From assembly GCA_010405405.1 (NCBI GenBank), contig MU004238.1, positions 1,499,530-1,563,529 of the forward strand: a stretch of 64,000 nt of DNA, given 5' to 3'. Shown here in pieces: positions 1 to 10,462 of this stretch. The DNA comes from Microthyrium microscopicum. Its lineage: Eukaryota. Position 1 is the stretch's first letter; every line of letters begins with the position of its first letter. Position numbers and translations under genes: made by a program. The notes under the pieces were generated by a model that was given only the letters and a program-made list of their open reading frames with translations, was not told where the DNA came from and made no database searches.

Positions 1-24
1 TGTTGGTGTATATAGCACAGATAG

Positions 25-336
25 TTATTCGCGTGTCAAATCCCTTAGGCCTGCTCCGGATATGTAAATGGACGAAAGCATCTCATGCAACCAGCGGGTG
101 TGTGCTGGCACTAGACCGTAGCGCTTCATGGTAAGCACATTCATCATCCAGGATCGTACAGCCAGATAATCGCAACCAGTGATTGGTAAGGGCCTGGGCT
201 TCTCGTCGTGAATCATGTAGTTGATATAGTCGAGGATGTCCTCACTTGTTGCATCTGGATTATGAGTAGCCCAGTCATCACAAAGAAACCGGTAATGATT
301 GTACTGGATCCCAGTTGTGGGTGTATTGACGGTCAT
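25..336 (-). CDS. Small hypothetical protein (103 aa)
   Basis: Intronless ORF with ATG in good context (CCACCATGA); no recognisable domain. Confidence 0.35.
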   Translation of the reverse strand: MTVNTPTTGIQYNHYRFLCDDWATHNPDATSEDILDYINYMIHDEKPRPLPITGCDYLAVRSWMMNVLTMKRYGLVPAHTRWLHEMLSSIYISGAGLRDLTRE

Positions 337-931
337 GGTGGGTGGTGTTTTAGTAGATCCCTTCGATACTAATGTGGTGCGAAATTAAGGTTGATGTGAC
401 TGCTTTGCCGATAAGGGAACCGACTCTATCAGATATTAATGAATTTTAGGCTTTTTGACCAAGCAAGAGGTAGTTCAAGTTCTACTTATGGCGGGCATCA
501 AGTTAAGAGGCCAATGACTGCTCTTTATGATTGGAGGCTGTGCAATAAATAATAAGACAGACTGCAGGTTGATTTGGCTGCCGGTTTATGAATGAGCCAA
601 AACTTGTGCTCAGCCTTATTCAGTGACTTGCTCAGCCTGCATGGCCCTCGAAAGAAACCTATGTCCACTAATCGATGGGGAAAGAATACAGACAGTCACT
701 CGCTCAACGTTGGCCCCCAATATCTCTTGGTTTGCTTGAACCAGCAACAATGGCCCACGAATTTGTGAGCTTTGATGACTACTCAGATATAACTCTAAAA
801 CAACGACGAGAATGGAGATCTACGGTGCTGCCAAGAGAAAGCTGCAATTGAGTCGTCCTGTGATGCCATGAAATGCACTATTCTCCATCAATTATTCTCT
901 ATAACAAATACTCTAACCGCCATCAGAGCTG

Positions 932-2587
932 CTATTTTGACCACCCACTGGTATCCATCGAAAGATCACTCAAGAAACCTGCCGCCACTGCATTTTCGTC
1001 CAAAAGAATATTTGGGTCAACAGGCATGTTTTCATAACCCATCATATCCGGGATTGTTGTAGCAGGCATCGCCGCTGCTGCAGTTACCAAAGGCATCATA
1101 CTTTGCTCGTCCATTGTAAACTGAGCACTTGTAGGTACTTGTAAAACACCACCCTCAGGCATGGTCGCTATTAGAATGCCAGGTTGTGAGGGTGTCGCAG
1201 TCTGGTTGATGGCTGAAAACTGCGACACCGGCATTTGGGTGAAAAGGACTGGTATGCCGTTGGCGGTGAGCATGTGCGGTTGTGCCGGGTTGATCATGGG
1301 AGCTGCACTTTTGCCTGGCTCGACACAATCCTGGCAGTTTTTGATGACCAGTGTTGCCGTTTCTTTGATTCTAACCCAGTGATATCTCTCGGCAACTCGA
1401 GCGGTAGTCTTGTTGATACCTTCGTGGGCTAGTTCGTGCATCTCCCTGGCCACATCATATTGCCTCTGAGGATCTGATATCACTTCCTTATCCTTCAGAT
1501 ATAGCTTTTCCTCCTGCTGCCCTGAGGCATCCAAAGTGTTTTCGAGAATCAGTCGGTAATGTGTTGCTGCGCTTCTCAATCTCGACTTTTCGGCTCGAGT
1601 CGCACCATCTGGGTACTTTGCGTGCTTGAGATAATACTTGATTTTGTCGAACCGTTCGTCAGTGGCAAAGTCCTCCGGAGTTGTTGCATCAAGCTCCCGC
1701 CCGAATATGATGGCATCCACCGGCTCATCATGGCTCTTCAGATGACCACATCCCTTGACCCTTCCAATCCTTTTGAACCCCAAAGCATCCCAAATCTTGC
1801 ACGAGGCCACGTTCGTTTCATACACAAGATTGAAAACAGAATACGTGTATCCTAGCTTGGGTGCCCACTCGACGTAAGTTTCTCCCATCAAACGTCCCAC
1901 GCCACGATTCCTTGCTCCATCAGTGACCAGAAACGTCCCATTGCACACATGGCTGCTGCGACCAGGATAATTCGGTTTGATGTAGAAACTGCCAATACAC
2001 TCCTTTTCCCAGTCTGTCTCGACATAGAGGGTACCGCCAAGTTTGGTCAGCGCCTCCTCAGTGGTGGCACCCCAATCACCAAGAAGCATGATGGCGACAA
2101 AGTTGGAGAACCAGTAGGAGCCAAAGGCAGCCAAAGCCATTGGCTCTGTCATGGCATACGTATCGCCTTTCTCGATCTCGCGATTCATCTGCTTGCTAAG
2201 ATACGACAGCAGCGAGAGCGGGATATAGGTGATGGAGTCCACGGGAATCAGCGTAGCACTGGTGATTCTATCTCGCAGTGTTACGCGCCTAGGTTGGATC
2301 TAGTCTGTTAGCATGATTCGGTAATAGAGTAGTAAAATGGCCAGTGATGCCATAGTGAACAGCATAAACGACACGTTCCCAGCAGGAAGACAGTTTTTTC
2401 CAGTTTACATTTGATGGCAGGACGTAACGGATGGCGCCCATCCTACTTGAGAGTACTGGATAGGATGGCTTGACATGGGAATACTTACGGCATCAGGCAA
2501 GCCAGACGACGGGCCATCATACGGCGGTTCTCCCGAGGTCCGATAAATTGGCTGTCGAGCCGGATCGTCAAGAACAGCCTTCAACAT
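932..2587 (-). CDS. SPT10: Spt10-like GNAT acetyltransferase with C-terminal H2C2 (integrase-type) zinc finger; 2 exons (2587-2489, 2299-932)
   Basis: GNAT motifs FYIKPNYPGRSSHVCNGTF, RNRGVGRLMGE and YSVFNLVYETN. HxxxH...CxxC in HELAHEGINKTT...IKNCQDC. A GTAAGT..GCTAAC..TAG intron (2488-2300) joins the 33-codon exon 1 in frame. Confidence 0.85.
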
Positions 2588-3288
2588 AGTTAGTTCTCAG
2601 TCCATTATCAAATGATACAGGATTTCTACACTCATGATGATAATTTTTGGGTGATTGATGAGCAGATAGCGAAAGTCATGAGTCGTAGACGTCGTTGAGC
2701 ATAGTCTATAAGTGAAAATGAAATTGCAATTGCATAACAGTCAAGTAGCGAACGAAACTGGTTATCTTTGCCTGTTAACCATTGGATAAATAGTCAAGAA
2801 AGAGTAGGGCGTATGTAGTAGAATCTCAAAGAAGGAGTAAGAGTAAGGCTCTATGATCTATCTGTGTACAGGGCGGCCTCAGCCTTGTGAATCATGCATA
2901 GACCTTCTCGAAAGTGATGAGGCTGCAGGATTTGTAGTGAACACCTCTGTACTCCAAAACTGGTCTGATAATTACAGTTGTGATGAGATCGGCGCCTAGA
3001 TATCGTAGAAAACTCTGTGTTCCGAGTTCCCACATGCATTCAACATTGATACGGCAAGATCACGTGGGGTGCGAATACATTGATTGATTGATTGACTTGA
3101 TGTGAAGACTTTCGACTAGAATCTGGTGTTTCTCCTAAACCAGTCGCAAGATCTATTATTTTCGGAGAATCATTTAAAACATATAATTAAAATCAAGTCA
3201 TGAGGAAGTCCGAAGATTCGTCCTTCTCTTCAACGCATAAGCATTTTGTCATTCAGCCGCCACTAGCAATTCTAGTATCCACTTGGAC

Positions 3289-5611
3289 TTATATACTTGC
3301 TGGCAGTCCATCAACACCTCCAGTATCTTCTTTCCGCTGCCCTCCCAACGAGTAACCAACTTTCCAGCGCATTCTGACTGTACTTCCTTGACCAGGCTGC
3401 ACGCCTATAAGTCGGATCATTTGTGTGATACCCTCTTTCTGTGATGGAGCAAGATTCAGCGACGACTGAGGCTCGAGCTTCAGTGAGTACGCCTAGTAAA
3501 TTGTGAGTTCCACTCATGGCATATGATCTGACGACTTACCTTTGTCACTGCAACTTGAAATGTCAAATCCGAAATTGGATTTGGCGTATTGTTTGATACT
3601 TTACTTTTGATTTCTATCATGCCTTGTTGGCCGGCAGGTCGTGACATCTCCCATGCTATCGTAATTGCACCAGATGTGAGTGTTAAAGCTGATGGTGCGA
3701 CTGAAGGCACCGCAGAAGCGAACTCCCACTCGTCATCAGCTGCAGCTGGCGCAGCAGAACTGGGGGCAGTGGACTGCGGTATTTGTGGTGATTTCGCTGC
3801 TAGAACACTGGGTGGTTTGGTTGATTGTTGGAATTGGAAGGGTGATGCTGTTCGTGAACCTTGAGATGAAGTTATAATGGCAAATGGATCTGGTTTGGGG
3901 ACCACTGGAGCTGGCGCTGGAGCGTGCTGTTGCACTAACTGCGGGGACGATGGAGTGTCGAATAAAAGTTGAGGAGGAGGGCTGAAGACTGGTGGTTGGC
4001 TTTGTTGCGGTTGGCCAAAAAGACTGGTGATCTGGGCGTTCGACATGTGGTTCGTTTGGGATTGAGGCATGCCTATAGAATTAGTCCTGAATATAAACAA
4101 AAGCGAAAGTGAATCTACCGAATGAACTTGATGCTCCGCTTGTAATTGGAAGTGAAATACTTCCACCCACTGGATCTGAAGGCGCATCTAGTGAGAGGCC
4201 AAGTAAGTCATCCTCGAGAGCATTTCCAGTGGACGTTGGAGCGCCGGAAGAGGCTGATGGTGCTGATTGGAATGCTTCATCGTCAGGCCCGCCTAGATCT
4301 ATTAATGAAAGCTCATTATTAGGTCCTTTTGTGACTCCTGCTCCACTGGTTCCTAGCGTTCCCTTGGGGATCCTGTTAGCGGCTTCAACATCTCCCTTCT
4401 TGATGAGTTTGTATCTTTCGATCGTCCTGTGGATACTATCATTAATCTCCAGTAGCTTGGCGACTGCTTCGTGATCTTCCGATTCTTCTTCGCACATCTT
4501 TTGAATTTTTGGGTGAGCACTAATCAGGGAATTGGAAAGTTCCTATACACTTGTTAGGCTGGTGGATTGTGACATAAGAATAGTGCTCACCTCGAACACA
4601 TCGCCTTCTGTTAGCTGATCTCCTGCTTGATGTCTTTGCAGCATGTCTTCGAGCAACTTTGCCTTTTGCTGAATTTTGCCAACTTCTTCTGCCGCTTTTG
4701 CTCTCCAATTGGTTTTATTCCGCGTGTCATAACCTGCCATGACTTTCATGAGTTTATTCGCCTCTTGTAGATCTTGAGGACCACCCCTTCTGATCAGCTC
4801 TTGAAGTTTTGCAGATTGCGCCTCTCGCTCCTCTTCTTCCATTTCATCGGCGGATCTCAAGTTCTTTACGCAAGCTGTTAGGTCATATTATCAATTACAA
4901 AATACTGGTCTCTTACGTCGCTTGAATTCAGCACGGCAGCGTCTTCTCTGGTAACTTCTGGAAAGATGTATCCTTTATAGCTCAAGAGACGATGCATGTC
5001 TCTTATGAAGCCTAGATCCTCCTTGTATCTCGACGTCTGGCATATCGTGGATCTCCATTCTTCTATAAGGCCAAGTATTTTGTTTTGGACTCGCGAAGGA
5101 TGTACAGGTGGCCGTTCGGGAAAGCGTCTGACGAATTCGTTTAGAAACTCCTTGGTCGATACTTGAAGCTGAAATGGGTATCCGCAATTCTTGACACATA
5201 TGTCCAGAAGCTGGAAAAGGTTAGCATTGTTCCCGTCACATCGTAACTCCTTTGGGATGTCAGACATTGAGCGCTAGAAGAGAGACGTTGGCGTTTCGAT
5301 GATTCACATAATTGACTATAGTGACTGCGGCTTCTCGAGGTCTATTCATACTGTCAGCGCCCGGAGACTCGAGGTGCGACGTTTTGGGTTGGTTGGACAT
5401 ACGAATTCCCTTTCTTCGCGTTGATCAGATCTGCAATCTCCAGATTGAGCGCAAGGTTTGGTTCGAAGTTCTGAGGGTCGCAAGCGTTCACTAAGACATC
5501 AGTTGTTAATATTTACAGCCGAAAGACTTGCGTTTGCATACTGATATATCGCTGCAACGGAGAGTTGGCAACAGGCTCACTGAAACCGCCGAAGCGGTCC
5601 CTGGTGGCCAT
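3289..5611 (-). CDS. GGA2: GGA clathrin adaptor (VHS, GAT and GAE/gamma-adaptin ear domains), multi-exon
   Basis: VHS (ACDPQNFEPNLALNLEIADLIN, LLDICVKNCGYPFQLQVSTKEFLNE). GAT (AQSAKLQELIRRG, EEESEDHEAVAKLLEINDSIHRT). Ear domain (SNNTPNPISDLTFQVAVTK/AYSLKLEPQS). Canonical introns; stop at 3291-3289. Confidence 0.92.
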
Positions 5612-5882
5612 TCGGACTGACGCAGCCTCCAGCTTGAAAGATCGGGTATCGTAGAAAAGCTAGAAGCTATATCATGAAGAAGGAAAGCCGCGTGTAGTTG
5701 TTTAAGAAGAGGTAGGTAGCCTAAATGGAAGGTGGGTTAGAACAGAGATCCAAAGGGTGCCGCACGCCGCGCTTGCCTGTGACGCCAGCCAATTATTCTC
5801 ATTATCGAGTTCTTTGAGACGAATTCAAGGGTCTTGGCACCAAAAAATATTGCAAAATCACAATTTCAAGTATATAGCGACC

Positions 5883-6217
5883 AAATCCGGGAAGATAATT
5901 AGCATAATTACTCTACCATAAGAAGCCGTAAATAAGTATTTCAAAAGCCAAAAGATATCTTCCGTAGACCCTATAAATCCTCCTTCTCTTAGAATTTTAT
6001 TATCTTAAGAAACCGTTAAGTAATAGGTAGATAAAGAAGGTCACTTCTAGCTAAAGTGACCTTTTTGATTTGCTTGTTGCTTAACGGTTTCTTAAGATAA
6101 TAAAATTCTAAGAGAAGGAGGATTTATAGGGTCTACGGAAGATATCTTTTGGCTTTTGAAATATTTATTTACGGCTTCTTATAGTAGAGTAATTATGTTA
6201 TTTATCTTCCCAGATTT
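5883..6217. repeat. ~335-bp imperfect palindrome (two ~165-bp inverted arms centred on AGCT at 6049-6052)
   Basis: For example, AAGATATCTTCCGTAGACCCTATAAATCCTCCTTCTCTTAGAATTTTATTATCTTAAGAAACCGTTAAG is exactly inverted in 6080-6148. Mismatches elsewhere are mostly C/T and G/A transitions. Confidence 0.92.
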
Positions 6218-6288
6218 TTGGCCCTCTTTTGCTAAAGACCTACTAAAGACTGCTAAGACTTTTTAGAAATAGCTACCTAAAAAAAGCC

Positions 6289-6414
6289 AGGAAGACAAAT
6301 AGCATAATTACTTAACATTAAGAAGCCGTAAATAAGTATTTTAAAGACTAAAAGATATCTCCTGTAGACCCCATAGATCCTCTTTGTCTCAGAATTCTAT
6401 TATCTTAAGAAACC
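6289..6414 (+). repeat. Third, more diverged direct copy of the palindrome's left arm
   Basis: GAAGACAAATAGCATAATTACT..AAGAAGCCGTAAATAAGTATT..AAAAGATATCT..GTAGACCC..TATTATCTTAAGAAACC matches 5891-6014. Confidence 0.88.
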
Positions 6415-6786
6415 ATAGAACGGCGGGTGGTTAAAAAGAACGACTCTTTTTCAACAAGGTGTGGATCAAAAGTTTTTGGGTGCCAAGACCCCTGCAATCG
6501 TCTCAAAGAACTCAATAATGAGAATAAACTGCAGAGGGGTCACTACAAGATTTCTATACAGGTCATCAAAGCTTCACCAACGTCTTCCCTTGACAGTGGT
6601 CACAATACTCACGGTCTCAACTACATCAACTTCACGAACCTGCCAAAACGTAGGTACTATACGCAAAGACCATAACACGTGGGTATACTGTCAACTACAC
6701 TCCTCCATCAAGTAAACCCACCATCCTCATCCACACCCTCGAGCGCATTCTTACAATCTACCAAACCTTCCTCCTCCAACACCAAA

Positions 6787-7914
6787 ATGGTCCGTCACAA
6801 AAAAGACAACTTTCGCGGCAAAAAAGGTCCCCACTACACGCCCCGACCACGCCCACCGCCCGAATCCCTCGCCTCCTACGATCCCAACGACCCCAATGCC
6901 ACCCCTCCCACCACCTCCACCCACCCACCCTTCAAAGCCGCCGCCTGGGACCTACACCACTGCAACCCAAACCGCTGTTCCGGCAAAAAGCTCATGCGCG
7001 CCGGTCTCCTGCGCCCGCTCTCCCTCGGCACCAAACACTCCGGCATAGTAATATCCCCCCAAGGCACCATTCCCGTGTCCCCAGCCGACCTCCCACTCCT
7101 CGAAACATATGGCGCTGCCGTCGTCGAGTGTAGCTGGAACCGCATCAACGAAGTGCCCTGGGGACGACTAGGGGGTAAAAACGAGAGGATACTGCCGTAT
7201 TTGGTCGCAGCGAATCAGACCAATTACGGGAAACCGTGGCGTTTGAATTGCGTGGAGGCGTTGGCGGCTGCGTTTGCGATATGTGGTAGGTGGGAGTGGG
7301 CGGAGGAGATATTGGGGGGTTTTGGATATGGGGAGGCGTTTTTGGAGATTAATGGCGAGTTGTTTGAAAGGTATAGTGGGGCGGGGGATGCGGAGGGGGT
7401 TAGGAGGGCGGAGGAGGAGTGGTTGGTTAAGATTGGTAAGGAGTATACTGGGCGAAGGGAGAAGAAGACGGATGCGGAGGAGGTTGAGGGGCTGTTGAGG
7501 GAGAGTGGTGATGAGGAGGATGGTGATGGTGAGGAAGATGGGGAGGAGGAAGAGGAGGAGTTTGATCCGTATGGGTTGCCGCCGTCGGATCATGATTCGG
7601 ACGAGGAGGAGCAGATGGCGGAGTTGAGGAGGAAGGTCTTGGCGTCGAGACCGTTTAAGGCGGTTGGGGAGGAGGAGGAGGATACGAAGCAGGCTCCTGT
7701 GGTGGTTAGTCGTCCGCAGGAACCTGTCGTGACAAAACCCAAGCAAGAAATAGCATCCGAAGATGAGAAAGAGGAGTCTGAAAATGGGTCTGAAAGTGGT
7801 GATGGCCTAGATGATGACTTTGACAACATCATTAAAGCCGCACCTGTCACCGACCGTAGTGGTATAGCAGCTCTCGAGAGGAAACGAGCTCGAGAAAAAG
7901 GCACTGTTCGTTGA
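6787..7914 (+). CDS. TSR3: 18S rRNA aminocarboxypropyltransferase Tsr3
   Basis: MVRHKKD start; WDLHHCNPNRCSGKKL, VVECSW, ERILPYLVAANQTNYGKPWRLNCVEALAA; acidic C-terminal tail. Confidence 0.95.
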   Translation: MVRHKKDNFRGKKGPHYTPRPRPPPESLASYDPNDPNATPPTTSTHPPFKAAAWDLHHCNPNRCSGKKLMRAGLLRPLSLGTKHSGIVISPQGTIPVSPADLPLLETYGAAVVECSWNRINEVPWGRLGGKNERILPYLVAANQTNYGKPWRLNCVEALAAAFAICGRWEWAEEILGGFGYGEAFLEINGELFERYSGAGDAEGVRRAEEEWLVKIGKEYTGRREKKTDAEEVEGLLRESGDEEDGDGEEDGEEEEEEFDPYGLPPSDHDSDEEEQMAELRRKVLASRPFKAVGEEEEDTKQAPVVVSRPQEPVVTKPKQEIASEDEKEESENGSESGDGLDDDFDNIIKAAPVTDRSGIAALERKRAREKGTVR

Positions 7915-8272
7915 CACGGAAGTCGAGACTATATTTAGCATTCATGATACCCAAAAGCATATACCACATAAGCAAATGGGATTCGTGACTAATAAGACAT
8001 TAATTTTATCTTTGTCTCATATCTATGTCCAGAGTATGTACAAATGCCATCATAACTTATATACAGTTGAGGGCAATCCACCACCCGGCCTGTTTTGCCA
8101 GGCGAAACAATGTGTACTTGCGCTTAGCAGCGCGAATGGGTATAGAGCAACTATTACCCCAAAACACCAAGAAATGCTAATGCAAAGCATTATTAATCCC
8201 AAGCTCCGAAAAATGCTGTGACAAAGGAAAAGGGAGATGTTCGATGTGGCTCTTTGGGTGTGAACGAACCAG

Positions 8273-10462
8273 TCAGTGATCGATGATAAATTGGAGAGAG
8301 TGTAGTTCTCCGTTACTAGATTCGCCTCGCATGCCAGCGATGCGGAACATCTCCGGGCAAATAAGCCTATGGCTAGAGGGAAGTTAGTGATGAGATTGAA
8401 GGATATTTAGGTGGACTTACGAGATAATATCGCCTTCAGCTGCGCCAAACCACGGGCTAACACGTCCAGTTGTTGTATGTGCTCTCAACCCGCAGAGACT
8501 GTCTCCATCTTTTGATGTGTTGATTTCCATTCCCATTATATTTTCGCCAGCTACAACATTAAGCGGCCATTCCTTATGTGCTTCTTCTCCGCGGGTGCCA
8601 AGAAGAAGCTTTGGCAACTCTTCGAACTCAAATTCAATACCACTCAAGGATGCCCCTGGTGTATGATAAACGGTCATATTTAACATTCGTGTCGACCCAG
8701 TAGGAAACACCACGAGTGATGGGCACTCTGAAGAAGAAACTGTGACAGCGCCGCAGACCCGACCAATTGGATGGTTGGAGAATACAGGCTTTTTGATGCC
8801 TGGTATATCCAATTTCAATTTCTTGATAAACGCTTCCACATCAATAACGGGAAATTCATTGCCATCCGCGGTGATAATCTTGAGATTGAATGGTCCTTGC
8901 ACACTTGTTCGTCGCACACTAGTTCGTCGATTAGCTGCAGAGACCATGGCCGCGTTGGCAATGTCGTTGATAGATAGTTGAATGCTAACTCTGGGCGGTC
9001 CACGCTTGTTCAGCAAGTCAAGCCAATGTTGGCATACCGTATCGCCTGGTTTGTAGATTTCCACGGCACTGATCCCGGATCTTGATCCGACTTGAAGAAC
9101 ACTATCCGAGATAGCCCAGAAGCTCACTCCAGTAGAGGTGCGGGACGTCTGCGGTTTGCTCCATGGTGATCGGAAGGATGGGTGAGAATGTAATCGCATT
9201 ACATCCAGAGGGTGAAGGGAGATTTCATTGCCTTGGTGAGCCGTACTAGCGGAAAAGGTATAGCCAAAGCGTTTGCAATCATCACTCATGATTCCGGAGG
9301 ATTGTTGGGGTAGTCCAAGCATGTGACCAAGAACCTTGAGCTGTTCGCCCATGCCGCCACTAGCACACTTCCACTTTACAGCTTCTGGGAGATTTGGAGT
9401 TGATGAACTGTCTGCAAAGGCAGATGTTACCTCATCAATCGATGCGGGATACGAAGAGAGAAACTCGGACCCAAACAATGCTAGGTTGAGATTTTGGTAT
9501 ATCTTTCCCTTGCCGCCGTATGAAATGCCTCGAACCACCGATTTGCCATTCTTTGCGAGCTCAGAGTCCAGCAAGAGACATGCAAAATACTGGTTGGAGG
9601 AAGTATGCTTTGCAAAATTCTTTTTCAAGTTGACCTCAAGATAGGCAGCGAGGTCCTCGGGAGAGGTGGCAGCCAATTCATCAAGACTTTTATCCAAAGC
9701 CATGACATGGACTGGAGCTTGATTACGACTGTCGGCGTACTCGAGATCTTGGGTATAGAGCGTCGACTCTTCCCATGATGATTCCAGCTGGAAGGTCCTA
9801 CGTGAATGACCATGCTTGGCCATACTTTCAGCTACGAATCCCTGCCAAAGATATGCTGCCATGCGATACTTTGCTTTTGCAAGCACCATGTTAGTGTTCT
9901 CGCTCTCCGCGGTTTCATTCTGGGCATGTTTCGAGTCCCTGGCGTGTGCAACAACAAGTCTAACGGGCGGACATGATGTCATTGGCTGATAAACAAGTCG
10001 ATGAGTTGAAGTATACACTCGCCGAGATCGAACTGGGGAGTATTCAATTTCGATGATGTTGTGCCCCGGTTGCAAATATGCAATGGCCTTGAACTTGGCT
10101 TGTAGGACAGGCCATGTCGTTGGCGGGCTGAGGTTTTGAGGATGCCGGATGGTAACGACACCATCTGGCTTGGGTCCGGCAGGGATATGGCCTTCCAACA
10201 GGATGACCTGATATATCACAGCCTGGTTTTGTGCTATGTTGTCGATGATAGGAGCATAGGTACTGGAGCTGGAAGAGATCTCGCTATGTGAAGTTTCAGG
10301 CAGAGCTAAGAGGGAAGGAGGAGGAGAGGTATCTGTGCTAGAGGCTGGCGAATGAGCTGGGCTTTCAGTTGTGGATTGAATAGCAGAGTCTTTGGAGGCT
10401 TGAGATTCGGAGGATCGATTACGATAAAATGAGAGGCGACGGAGATCCTGCATGAACTTCAT
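8273..10462 (-). CDS. YIL108W-like 'putative peptidase' (Metallopep) protein with C-terminal jacalin-like region; zinc motif degenerate; 2 exons
   Basis: WPV...FKAIAYLQPGHN, KYRMAAYLWQGFVAESM..G..RRTFQLE, LALFGS..L.SYP, GIEF, GLRAHTTTGRVSPWFG. A GTAAGT intron at ~8420-8373 leads to a last exon ending FIIDH*. Confidence 0.8.

Larger units (their letters stand above)
5796..6524. mobile_element. MITE-like non-autonomous element, ~51-bp TIRs, TA flanks
   Basis: TTCTCATTATCGAGTTCTTTGAGACGAATTCAAGGGTCTTGGCACCAAAAA (5796-5846) is the near-exact reverse complement of ~6473-6524. TA lies on both sides (5794-5795, 6525-6526). The interior is AT-rich. Confidence 0.75.

Noticed and set aside
5883..6414. 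Repeated units as a CRISPR-like array, tRNA or rRNA
   Set aside because: Only three long units in mixed orientation with no spacers, in a eukaryotic context. No tRNA or rRNA signature was recognised anywhere in the window.
7168..7904. Long antisense ORFs over TSR3 (and similar shadows over COG5, importin-alpha and the DXO-like gene)
   Set aside because: Low-complexity antisense or alternative frames of clear genes; no independent coding signal.
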